Below the pieces are notes generated by a model that saw only the letters and a list, made by a program, of their open reading frames with translations, was not told where the DNA came from and did no database searches. A program made the translations under genes and the position numbers. A stretch of 64,000 bases of DNA from Isurus oxyrinchus (taxonomy: Eukaryota): NCBI GenBank assembly GCA_026770705.1, contig JANJGN010000021.1, positions 88,474,001 to 88,538,000 on the forward strand, written 5' to 3'. This document shows positions 46,800-59,165 of this stretch, piece after piece. Positions within the stretch are counted from its first letter, which is position 1. Each line of letters starts with the position of its first letter.

Positions 46800-48769
46800 C
46801 TGAAATTAACAACAAGGACAGTGCATCAGTTAGCGTATATTCAGTTCAACCTGTCATCCCTTTCCCCCTCCCCAGCCTCATAAGTCACTCACCCTTCAAG
46901 ACCCTAAGGAGAAGAACATTGGTGGGGTGGAAACAAGTCAAGATGAGCCCCCAACCATTAAACCCACATGTAGACAGGCTGGTCAGATGGTCTCGGGAAT
47001 GCCATATGGCATGTTATGAACCATAGGAGTGGGGAGAGTGCAGAGGTACCTGACCTGGATGCATTGTGGCCTGGAGAGTTGCGGGGCTGAGGAAACATTG
47101 CAAACAGTAGCGACATTTGTCGTCGATCACAGAAGTTTGAGAGGTCACATTATTGGCCTTCATTCTGTAAGGAGGGGTCTAGACCGGGTGGGCAGAAGGC
47201 AACATTTCCCCTTGGCACAGGGATGAGTAACGTGGTGGCATTCATCTAAGTTGAGTGCCATGAGGTTCACAGCTGAGGTGCTGAGGACCTTTTGGACAGA
47301 GTAATGTGGGGCGCACTGGCTGAAAGGGTGATGGAGGTCCCAAACTCCCTAAGGTGCAATAACTCTTTGGCTGTGCAGCAGCGAACCAATGGCATGTTAG
47401 ACCATGGTGATAGTGGTCCCAAATGGGATAAGGTGACTTTGGAAGATGTTGGAGATGCGATTCCTCAAAGGGACGAGTGTCCCTTCTGTATGACCCACAC
47501 GTCAGAATGTCTCAGTCTGTGAATGAGCAGTGCTTCAGTATTAACGATTGCAGCAACCATCAGTGCTTTGGATGGTGGGCAGACAGAGTGGATGGGACTG
47601 TGGACCTCAAATACCTGCCCGCTGAGCCCCAGCTGTGCCAACCCCGGCCGCTCTGGCCTCTTGCCTCCTGCCCAGCTCCATGGCCTGTGCTTCAATAGTT
47701 GTGAGGCGCTAGAGGATGGCACACAAAGTTACCACAATGCCCGGGAGCACCAGAGGACTGGTATCTGCAGCAGTTTGGTAAACTGAGTGGTTTGCTAGGC
47801 AATTTCGGAGGGCAGTTAAGAGTCAATCACATTTCTGTGGGTTTGGAGTCACATGTAGGCCAGACCAGGTAAGGATTTTCTTCTATAAAGGGCGAACCAC
47901 ATGGGTTTTTATGATGATAAATGATAGTTTCATGGCACCATTACTGAGATTAACTTTCAACTCCAGAATAATTAATTAATTAAATTTAAATAACCATCAT
48001 CTGCCACATTGGGATGCGCTCTCATCTTCCCAAAGCATTAACCTGGATCTCTGGATTACTAGTCCAGCGGCATTACCACTCCGGCACTGTCTTCCTGATC
48101 CATTGTAACATTCAAAGGAGAATGGAATAAATACTCAAATGGAATGAAATGCAGTGCTATGTGGAAGAGCAAGGGAGTGGGACGAATTGGATAGTTCTGT
48201 AAAGAGCCAGCACAGGCACAGGAAAAAAATAGATGGCCTCCTTCTCTGCGCTATATATTTGATCTGCCTGAAACATATTGAGCTTTACTCTGTGGAATCT
48301 GAGCACAATGTAAAGATCATCCTGGTGGATAAAGGTATCCACAGATTCCATTTTCCTACTGCCAACTGCCAGCTTAAATGCTTTTCCCTTCTGACCCCTC
48401 GCCCTCCACCCCAATTTCCAACAGCAAGTACAAGCGACTCATGCATTTTTTACTATCCAGTTTGAGACCATTTAGAAACAGAAATTCACAGCACAACCAT
48501 CCACCCATTGTGCTCATGTTGGCCAAAAAAACTGGTATTGTTAATGGTTCTACTACCTTTACCACCAGGCAAGGTAAGTCTATTCCCTCAAACTTATTGT
48601 TAGCTTAGGACCTCAGCTGAAAGAAATTCCCAATCATTCAAGGTCTGCTTGGTCAGGTATAGACTGAGTCCTGAAATAAGGTGCCTCTCTCCCAGGAGTC
48701 TCCAACGCAATGAAGTTATCTTTGGATAGAATTTAATAGAGGTATGTTATAGTAGAATAAACTATTGTG

Positions 48770-48856
48770 AAGGGTCATGAGGACTCGAAACGTCAACTCT
48801 TCTCTGCCGATGCTGCCAGACCTGCTGAGTTTTTCCAGGTAATTCTGTTTTTGTTT
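48770..48856 (+). mobile_element. 87-bp 3' tail of the same PLE family, with a 12-bp TSD TAAACTATTGTG (48758-48769 / 48857-48868)
   Basis: Near-identical to the PLE arms; perfect TSD. Confidence 0.9.
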
Positions 48857-49619
48857 TAAACTATTGTGGAGTTTCCCAATATCACCTCTTAGAATTCTAC
48901 CTTAGAATTCTAGGATATTGTTATTATATGTGTGAGCTCATGAGGATATAGATGTGAGACTACAACTCTTTTATACTTATTTAATAAATGTTTATTATTA
49001 AAACCAATTATAAATTACAGTTTATAAATGATTAGATAATAGCACAGGTGGTAACTAAAGCTGCTAATAACACATTTAAGAAGGTTTTATATAACATACA
49101 ACATTTGAATTCACTGTAATAAACAGTTTGGATAAACAAACAAATATTGATTAAAGATAATTATACTTACAACTCCAGTATAATTTCTTGTGGTTTTGAA
49201 GTGTCTTTGTCTCAAAAAGATAAGGAATCGTAAAAATGCCAGGATTCTAGCTGGGTTTGTAGAGATAGCTAACTAGAGTGTCCCTAGCCATGGGCCTGTT
49301 TTAATAGACATTTTAGCAGAGATCAAAAAGGCTCTCACTGTTCTTTGTCTCTTAGGAAAACAAGTTCCTTCTCAAACTGAAGGATCTTGTGGACCATTTG
49401 GGTATTTAGAAAACAGCAACTGGATGGCACACTTCCAACAGCAAGGTACCTGAAAGACTCCTGTATTAGCTGCCTTACTGGCTATGATCCAAATACCATG
49501 CATGGCAACTAGTGTAAACACAATGACAGTGTTTTTCTTATACTGAGCCAAATTCTTAATTATTTGCTTCTTAGTGCTAATTAACATCTTATATTCCCCA
49601 TCAAATGTGTCAATTCTGT

Positions 49620-50440
49620 CACTGTCTCTAATCTAATGCCACTTTCCAACTTATTCCATAGCCTTCAACTGCATATCCAAGTACATTTTAATTGTGATGA
49701 AAGCTTTCTTTTACCACCTTTTAGATTGCAAATTTCGGACCATCATACCCTCAAGGGGTAAAAAGTTTCTTCTCAATTCCCCTGTAATCCCTCTACCAAA
49801 TACTTTAAATCTATTCCCCTTGGTTATTGACCTCTCTACTAAGGGAAATAGTAGGTCTTTTCCTAGTCACTCTATTTAGGCCCCTCATAATTTTATACAC
49901 CTCAATTAATATTCTCTCAGCCTCCTCTGTTCCAAAGAAAACAATCACAGCCTATTCAAACTTAACTCATAGCTTAAATTATGATCACTACTACTAAAAT
50001 ACTCTTACACTGATACCCTTTCCACGTGCTCAGATTCATTCGCTAAAGCTAAGTCCAGAACTGCCCTCTTCTTGTTTGCTATGCACTGGCTAAAAATATT
50101 CCCCTGAATCCATTTTAAGAATTCTCACCATGAATTTATCCCAGTTAACATTAGGGCAGTTGTTACCTTCTACTATTACTGCCCTCAGTGTTTTTGCATT
50201 TCTCTTTAATTTGACTGCATATTTGATCTACCAGCTTCCTCTAAATAGGGATCTGTAGTGTTCTCAAAATGATGCAATTGCCTTTTTTTTGTTCTTCAGC
50301 CCAATCCATGTGACCTCAAACATTTCATCTGTCCTCACAGCTGCGATCGTCTCTTTAACCAATATTGTGAACATTCTCTTTTTTTTTTACCCCCCCAAGC
50401 CATTTGAAAATCCTGCAATCAAGAATGCTGAACTGCCCTT
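49620..50440 (-). mobile_element. Decayed CR1 fragments
   Basis: Similar to 38400-38700 and to CR1 EN regions. Confidence 0.65.
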
Positions 50441-52554
50441 TTACTAAACTTAATGCAGACTCATGCCACTCCTCTTCCCTGTATATTAATGAAATCATGA
50501 AGAAAATTAAAGCTGATATAGCTGCTTTGAACTTATCCTTCCCATAGAAGCCTCCAGCTTGTAAATACACAATACGTCCTCTAAGTGGTCCTATGAGCCA
50601 AGTCTGAACAACTTGCACTCAACTTCTCTCTCCAGTTCAATGTGGGCAAAATTTTTAAACTTAGTTTCACTCCGTATATTTTTAATTTTCTATGTTCATA
50701 TTTGAGGTACTTTAAAAATGTTTTGAAAGTTTATTCTTCCTTCTAGGCCTTCACCCCACTTCTGGGCTGCTAAAAAAAATGTACACCCTGTTTTGCCTCC
50801 TCTCTGTATTTTTTATATCCATGTATATAATTTGCTTTTGTGGGACCTCTGTCTGTATTTGGTATCCCATAAGCAATACCATTTTTGCTTCTATTGTTTT
50901 TTTTCCCCATGGGATGTAGGTGTCACTGGCAGCATTTGTTGCCCATCCCTAATTGCCCTTGCTAGATCATTTAAGAGACAACCAGCCAGGCCAGGTAAGG
51001 ATAGCAGATAAATGGGTTTTTGTGACAATCAAAGATAGTTTCATGTTCACTATCACAACTTTATTAACTGAATTCAAATTCAGCTGCTGTGGTGAGATTT
51101 GAACCCATGTGCCCCAGAGGATCTCTAGATTACTAGTCCAGCAACCACTGTCTCCCCCTCCCAGCTACTCATTCTTCTCAAATCCTAATGCTTGCCAGCA
51201 TTGGGCTTTCAAGTGCTCTTTGCAGCACCAGCCCAACTGTAATATTTCTTGGGAGAACTGTGCTGTTCATTCTCACTAGCATCCTGCAAAATGAAATACT
51301 GTCGGTACCAAATAAAGTTTGTTTTCTATTCCTTCCATTTTCACTGGTACTTGTTGCATTATTCAACTCCCACAGTCAACAGCTCTAGGGCCTATGAAGC
51401 AACTTGGGGCATTTTATTATGTTAAAGGTGTCATTTTAAAGTTGTTGTTATAAAATGACATATGGAGCCGACGCTTTCAGATTTGATTTGCTCTCCATCG
51501 TGAGCAGCTAACCTGCCTTTGGACAGTAATTTTTAAAAATTCTTTCATGGGAGGTGGGTGTCAGTGGCAAGGCCAGCATTTTATGCCCATCCCTAATTTC
51601 TCCTAAAATGAGTATCATACTCAGACCATTTCAGAGGGCAGTTAAGAGTCAACCACATTACTAGGCAAAGGGGTACATATCCAGAAGTTCAGACTTTGTA
51701 AAGGCTGCCGATCTTCTCCCAAGGATATTAGTGAACCAGATGGGTTTATACGACAATTGATAATAACTTGATAATCACCACTGAGCTGCCATGGTGGGAT
51801 TTAAACTCATGCCCCCAGAGCATTAGTTTGGGCCTCCAGATTATGAGTCTATTCACGTTACCACTGCACCACTGTCTCCCCCCATTAATCAATCAACTTT
51901 TGCTATACTAGGAATATATAATTTGCACGTTTAACAAAAAAATTATTCATGTGATGTAGACATTTCTGGCAAAGTCAGCATTTATTGCCCATCCTAATTC
52001 CCCTTGAGAAGGCAATGGTGAGCTGCCTTCTTGAACCGCTGGAGTCCATGAGTGTACCGGAGTAGGTACACCCACAGTGCTGTTAAGGAGGGAGTTCCCG
52101 GATTTTGACCCAGCGACAGTGAAGGAACAGTGATATATTTCCAAGTCAGGATGGCGAGTGACTTGGAGGTGAACTTCCAGGTGGTGGTGCTCTCATCTAT
52201 CTGCTGCTCTCGTCCTTCTAGATGGTAGAGGTCGTGGGTTTGGAAGGTGCTGATTAAGGTGAGTTCCTGCAGCGCATCGCGTTGATGGTATACACTGCTG
52301 CTACTGTGCGTCAGTGGTGGAGGGAGTGTTTGTGGATGTGGTACCAATCAAGCGGCTGCTTTCTTCTGGACGTGTCGAGCTTCTTGAGTGTTGTGGGAGC
52401 TGCACTCATCCAGGCAAGCGGGGAGTATGCCATCACACTTCTGAATTGTGCCTTCACCTGACTCTCTCACTGTGACAGAGGCAGCCATTCTTGAACAATC
52501 TAGTTCATGTAAGGCGTAATTTCCAAGCCAAGTGTAAAACACTGACAAAATGAA

Positions 52555-52739
52555 AATGCGAGGCTATATATAGATTGGTGACTCACTCTGTTCGTTCATT
52601 GGCTGGCTAAAAAGGGAGGTTTGTGAAAAGCGCGTCCTAGGCTGCTACAATGCGCAGGCGGCTCAGACAGCAGCGGCAGAGCTGAGCTGCTGAGTTCGAA
52701 CTTCATCAACTCCGGCTTTATTCAGGCTGTTGGGTGAGT
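52555..52739. promoter_or_regulatory. Putative, possibly bidirectional, promoter with a + strand first-exon donor
   Basis: TATATATA 52565-52572, two ATTGG (reverse CCAAT) at 52574 and 52598, AP-1 TGACTCA 52579-52585, NRF1-like TGCGCAGGCG at 52651, CpG cluster, donor GG|GTGAGT at 52733/52734. Confidence 0.5.
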
Positions 52740-53519
52740 AGTTTTACATTTCCCAAATTCTAATTATAATTGGCAAAAAGTAACCGAATTGAGAAATAGA
52801 TGGATCAAGTGGGGTCCAAACAAAATGGGAAAGATTCCAAGGGCGTGATTTTAAAAATCACAACAAAAAAAAAAATCAGTCTGAGGGACAAGGTGTTTGT
52901 CACAAAGTGTATTGTAGAACTAACCGATGCAATTTTAAAAGATATGCAGGAACAGGCTTCAGGATGTATGTTTAAACTCGGCCGTGGACAAATGCTTTTT
53001 TCCCCCCCGTCCATGTGTGGAATGAATTTTTTGTGCAACAATATCGATTAGCGAAGGATGTGCACCACCTGTAGTTAAAAAAAAACTCAACATTTCTTTT
53101 ATATGTATATATATGTTATTAAATTATGGGATATGGGTGTCGCTGGCTGGGCCAGCATTTATTGCCCATCTCTATTGCCCTTGAGAAGGTGGTGTGAGCT
53201 GCCTTCTTGAACCGCTGCAGTCCATGTCATATAGATGCACCCACAGTGCTGTTAGGGAAGGAGTTCCAGGATTTTGACCCTGCCACAGTGACAGGTATAT
53301 TATTTTAATATATATTTTTAAATAGTTACTATTGGCATGGAAGAAAAAAATATTAAAACAAGGTATAATTAAGAAGGTACACTGCTTAATATTTAATATG
53401 AAATCAAATAAAAAGAAAATTAACATTGCGAATTTTTCAGCAACCTTTTAGAATCTTATATGTATCTATTTCTTTGAGGCCCAAAAGAAAATGATCCATT
53501 TTTGTGACCTGGGATTGAT

Positions 53520-56500
53520 GGGGAAGTGGTGGGGTAGTGGTATCGTCACTGGATGAGTAATCCAGAGAGCCAGAGTAATGCTCTGGCGACCACTATGGCA
53601 GATGCTGAAATTTGAATCCAATAAACACCTGGAGTTAAAAGTCTGATGATGACCATGAATCCATTGTCGATAAAAAACCCATCTGGTTCACTAATGCCCT
53701 TTAGGGAAGGAAATCTGCCGTCCTTACCTGGTCTGGCTTACATGTGACTCCAGACCCACAGCAATGTGGTTGACTTGTAACTGCCCTCTGAAATGGCCGA
53801 CCAAGCCACTCAGTTGTAGCAAACTAAAGAGTCTTAAAGGAATGAAACCAGACAGACCATCAGAAATGGCAATGGCAAATTCAGCCCTCTCAACCATACA
53901 AAATCCTTACTAACATCTGGGGGCTTGTGCGAAAATTGGGAGAGCTGTCTCACAGACTAGTCAAGCAACAGCCTTACAGTCATACTCACGGAATCATACC
54001 TTACAGAGAATGTCCCAGACACCACCATCACCATCCCTGGGTATGCCCTATCCCACTGGCAGAGATGGCAGCACAGTGGGATACAGTAGGGCATGAATTG
54101 CCCTGCGAGTCCTCAACATTGACTCTGGACCCCATGAAGTCTCATAGCATCAGGTCAAACATGGGCAAGGAAACTTCCTGCTGATTATCACATACCGCCC
54201 TCCCTCAGCTGATGAATCAGTGCTCCTCTGTGTTGAACACCATTTGGAGGAAGCACTGAAGGTGTCAAGGGTACACTGGAGGGTGTACTCAAGGTGGGGG
54301 ACTTCAATGTCCATCACCAAGAGTGGCTTGGTAGCACCACTACTGACCGAGCTGGCAGAGTCCTAAATGACATTGCTGCTAGAATGGGTCTGCGGCAGGT
54401 GGTGAGGGAACCAACGAGAAGGAAAAACATTCCCATTCTCATTCTCACTAACCTGCCTGCTGCAGATGCATCTGTCCATGACAGTATTGGTAGGAGAGAC
54501 CACCACACAGTCCTTATGGAGACAAAGTCCCGTCTTCACATTGTGAATACTGTCCATTGTGTTGTGTGATGCTACCACTGTGCTAAATGGGATAAATTTC
54601 GAACAGATCTAGCAACTCAAGACTGGGCAACCATGAGGTGCTGTGGGCCACCAGCAGCAGCAGAATTGTACTCAACCATAATCTGTAACCTCATGGCCCA
54701 GCATATCCCCCACTCTACCATTACCATCAAGCCAGGGGATCAACCCTGGTTCAATGAGGAGTGCAGGAGGGCATGGCAGGAGCAGCACCAGGCATACCTA
54801 AAATGAGGTGTCAACCTGGTAAAGCTATAACACAGGACTACTTGCGTGCCAAACAGCATAAGCAGCAAGTGATAAACAGAGCTAAGTGATTCCACAACCA
54901 ATGGATCAGATCTAAGCTCTGCAGTCCTGCCACATCCAGTTGTGAATGGTGGCGGACAATTAAACAACTCACTGGAGGAGGCAGCTCCACAAATATCCCC
55001 ATACTCAATGATGGGGGAGCTCAACGCGTCAGTGAAAAAATAAGGCTGAAATATTTGCAACAATCTTCAGCCAGAGTAGATGTTCCATCTTGGCCTCCTC
55101 CAGAGCTCCCTAGCATCACAGATACCAGTCTTCAGCCAATTTGATTCACTCCACATGGTATCAAGGGATGGCTAAAGGCATAAAGTAAGCATTGGCTCTA
55201 TAGAAAGTGAATCTGGAGAATTGATAATGGAAAACAAAAAAATGGCAGGTGAACTGAACAGGTATTTTGCATCAGTCTTCACTGTAGAGGATATAAGTAA
55301 CACCCCTGTAGCAGCTATAAATGAGCAAATGGAAGGGAGGGAGGAATTCAGGAAAATTACAATAATCAGAGAAGTGGTACTGAGTAAACTGTTGGAGCTG
55401 CAGCTGGGTAGTTCTCGGGTCCTGATGGACTTCATTCTAGGGTCTTAAAAGAAGCATTTGGTGAGACAGCTGATGCATTGGTTTTATTTTTACAAAATTC
55501 CTTAGATTCAGGGAACGTCCCATTACATTGGAAGATAGCAAATGTAACTCCATTATTCAAGAAAGGAGGGAGACAGAAATGGGAAATTACAGGCCAGTTA
55601 GCTTAGCATCTGTCGTGGGGAAAATATTAGAAGCTATTATTAGAGAAGCTATAGTAGGTCACTTGGATAAGCTCAAGGTAATCAGGCAGAGTCAACATGG
55701 TTTTGTGAAAGGGAAATCATTTTCAACCAACTTAATAGAGTTCTTTGAAGAAGTAACATGTGATGCGGATAAAGGGGAACAGGTGGATATATTGTACTTA
55801 GATTTCCAGAAGGCATTTGATAAAGTGCCACAGCAAAAGTTATTGTGGAAAATAAAAGCTCATGCTATAAGGGGGTAACATATTGGAATGGATAGAAGAT
55901 TGGCTGGCTAACAGGAAGTGGAGACTAGGCATAAATAGGTCTTTTTCAGGTTGACAAGGTGTAAGAGTGCTGTGCCACAGGAATCAGTGCTGGGACCTCA
56001 ATGGTTTTACAATTTATGTAAATGACCTGGATGAAGGTATGGATGGGAAGGTTGCCAAATTTGCTGATGACACAAAGATAGGTAGGAAGAGGACATAAGG
56101 AGGCTACAAAAGATATAGATAGGTTAAGTGAGTGGGCAAAAATCTGGCAAAAGGAGTATAATATGAGAAAATGTGAAGTTGTCCATTTTAGCAGGAAAAA
56201 TAAAAGAGAAGCATATTAAATGGTGAGAGATTGCAGAGCTCTGAGATGCAGAGGGATCTGGGCGTCTTAGTGCATGAATCACAAAAGGCAAGTCTGCAGG
56301 TACAGCAAGTAATTAGGAAAGCTAATAAAACATTATCATTTATTATGAGGGGAATTGAAAGTAAAAGTAGGAAGGTTATGCTTCAGTTGTGCAGAGCAGT
56401 AGTGAGATCACATCTGGAGTACTGTGTATAGTATTGGTCACCTTATTTAGGGAATGATGTAAATATATTTTATACAGTTCAAAGAAGTTTTATCAGACTA

Positions 56501-58065
56501 ATACCTGGAAAGGGCAGGTTGTCTTATGGGGAAAGGTTGGATAGACTAGGCTTGTATCTGCTTGAGTTTAGAAGAGTAAGAGGCGATTGAAACATATAAG
56601 ATCCTGAGAGGTCTTGACAGGTTGGATTTGGAGAGGATGTTTCCTCTTGTGGGAGAATCCGGAACTAGGGTTCGCTGTTTAAACATAAGGTGTCGCTCAG
56701 TTAAAACGGAGATGAGGTGAAATTTATTTTCTCAGAGGGTAATGAATCTTTGGAGCTCTCTTCCTGAAAAGTAGTTGGAGGCAGAGTCTTTGAATATTTT
56801 TAAGGCAAACGTGGATAGATTCTTGGCAAGCAAGGGGGTGATAGTTTATTGGGGGTAGGCAGGATGCAGATTTGAGGTTACTATCAGATCAGCCATGATC
56901 TTATTAACTGGCGGAGCAAGCTTGAGGGGCCGAATGGCCTACTCCTGATCCTTGTTTATATGTAATATTCTGGCAATAGTACTGAAGACTTGGGTTTCAG
57001 AACTTGCCACGCCCCTAGCCGAGCTGTTCTAGTACAGCTACAACACTGACATCTACCCGGCTTTGTGGAAAATTGCTCAGCTATGTCCTGTACACAAAAA
57101 GCAGGACAAATTCACCCCATCCAATTATTGCCCCATCAGTCTACTCTCGATCATCAGTAAAGTGATAGAAGGTGTCATCGAGTGCTATCAAGCGGCACTT
57201 GCTTAGCAATAACCTGCTGTGTTTGAGTCCCGCCAGGCCCACTCAGCTCCTGACCTCATTTCAGCCTTGACTCAAACATGGGCGAAAGGGCTGAACTCCC
57301 GAGGTGAGAGTGGCTGCCTTTGACATCAAGACAGCTTTTGACTGAGTGTGGCATCAAGGAGCCCAGCAAAACTGGAGTCATCGCCCCTTTACATTCAATG
57401 GCATTACCGTCACTGAATCCCCCACTATCAACATCCTGGAGTTACCACTTACCAGAAACTGAGCCATATAAATACTGTAGCTACAAGAACAGGTCAGAGG
57501 CTAGGGACCCTGCAGCGAGTAACTCACCTCCTGACTCTCCGAAGCCTGTCCAACATCTACAAGGCACAAGTCAAGAATGCGATGGAATACTCCTCACTTG
57601 CCTGGATGAGTGCAGCTCCCACAACACTCAAGAAGCTTGACACCATGCAGGACAAAGTAGCCCACTTGATTGGCACCATATCTCCAAACTTTCACTCCCT
57701 CCACCACTGATGCACAGTAGCAGCAGTGTGTACCATCTACAGAATGCACTGCAACAACTCAGAAAACCTCTTTAGACAGCACCGTTCAAAGCCACGGCCA
57801 CTACCATCTAGAAGGATAAGGGCAGCCTTGGACCACCACCACCTGGAAATTGCCCTCCAACCACTCACCATCCTGACTTGGAAATATATCGTCATTGCTT
57901 CCCAGTCGCTGGGTCAAAATCCTGGAACTCCCTCCCTAACAGCACTGTAGGTGCACCTACACCACATGGACTGCAGCAGTTTAAGAAGGCAGCTCACCAC
58001 CACCGTCTCAAGGGCAATAAATGCTGGCCCAGCCAGCGATACCCACATCCCATGAATGAATAAAA
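53520..58065 (+). mobile_element. CR1/L2-group LINE with a tRNA-like SINE head and no visible ORF1; decayed; interrupted by a CR1
   Basis: A-box-like tggggtagtgg and SINE core, then EN from ~53908 (TNIWGL..GDFNVHHQEWLG..DHHTVL), RT (WKIAQLCPVHKK..PISLLSIISKV) and an atgaatgaataaaa tail. Confidence 0.85.
55174..56963 (+). mobile_element. CR1 RT/3' fragment nested in the 53520 LINE
   Basis: NYRPVSLASVVGKILE, YLDFQKAFDKVP, KFADDTK; host LINE sequence resumes at ~56964. Confidence 0.9.
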
Positions 58066-58559
58066 CACCCTCCATGCTAGGTCACACTGAAATGTCTAAT
58101 TATATCTCCTCTCAAACTAAGGAATTAGTTGTCCCCAGTTACAGCAAAAGCAGTTTAAGCTGCTTTCTTTAATTAGCTAACTTTTGCTGCACTTGCAGTA
58201 GAGCCCAGAAAACCCTGCTTAAGGCTGGGAAATGTAGAATTTAGACAGTAACTTTCAGCTCAATGTTAACTGCAAACCAAAATTCGATCTTCACAAAGAA
58301 ATTGACATTCCCTTACTCACCGAAGCTGCCAGCAAACAATTTAGTTTTGACATCATTCATAAAGTTAACGCCAACCACACAAGCTGCACTAGAACCTCAA
58401 AGGTTTGTACATTTCCTCAGCGTTGAAAGTTTGCTGTATGGTTTTGTTTTTCTAGAATGAAAGTGACAATTTCTTGGAAATTTGTCATCATCTTTGCTTC
58501 ATGTTTTCTTCTGCAATATTATGTATTTGTGATCATTGTCCTGGGTCACAATGAACTCT

Positions 58560-59165
58560 AAAGGGAAGGGAAGGGAAGGAGGAGGGGAAGGGAAGGAGGG
58601 GGGAAGGGAAGGAGGGGGGAAAGGAGGGGGGAAGTGGGGAGGGTGGAAGGGGGGAAGGGGAAGGAGGGGGGAGGGGGTAAGGGGGAATGGGGGGAAGGGG
58701 GTGGGGTTGGGGGAAGGGAAGGAGGTGGGGAAGGGAAGGAGGCGGGAAAGGATGGAGTGCGCGGGAGGGAGGGAGTGCGCGGGAGGGAGGGAGTGCAGAG
58801 TGCAATGGGGGAGGAGTGCGGAGTGCGTTGGGGAACAGGAGTGCAGGGGCAGGGGTGAAGTGCAGCGGTGAGATGCGAGGGGTGGAAGTATGGGGTGGGG
58901 GAGTGTTGGGGGCTGGGGGGAGTGCGGGTGCGGGGGGGGGTTGCAGGGGTGGGGGGAGCGGAGGAGGAGTGTGGGGGATGGGGGCGGGACTAGTGCAGGG
59001 GGCGGGAGGAGTGCAGGGAGGTGGGGGGGAGAAGTGCGGGAAGGCGTGGAGGGAGGCGTGGGGGAGTGCAGAGGGGAGGGAGAGTGGGATTGCGGGGGGA
59101 AAGTGAGTGGGGGTGCGTGGGGGGTGAGCGGGGGCAGTTGGGGGCTGCGGGCGGTGGTATGGGGT
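58560..59165. repeat. G-rich low-complexity tract (GGA/GGG/GGAGTGC units)
   Basis: Direct inspection. Confidence 0.9.

Larger units (their letters stand above)
43846..47780 (+). mobile_element. PIF/Harbinger DNA transposon, decayed, two-gene type; left TIR GGCCAGAATTTT, right end not identified
   Basis: TIR matches local MITEs; HARBI1-like transposase on +, convergent second ORF on -. The right boundary is approximate. Confidence 0.8.

Noticed and set aside
48461-48573. Exon-like segment with a good acceptor and AAG|gtaagt donor, signal-peptide-like if the A7 run were A6
   Set aside because: Needs a frameshift, and no downstream Ig exon was found; cannot be supported.
51290-51410. Possible H/ACA snoRNA on the minus strand (two loose hairpins then ACA)
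   Set aside because: No ANANNA H box between the hairpins, weak stems, and the ACA is too close to the putative acceptor.
51429-51460. 10-bp hairpin TGTCATTTTA/TAAAATGACA
   Set aside because: Short and AT-rich; plausible by chance in 64 kb.
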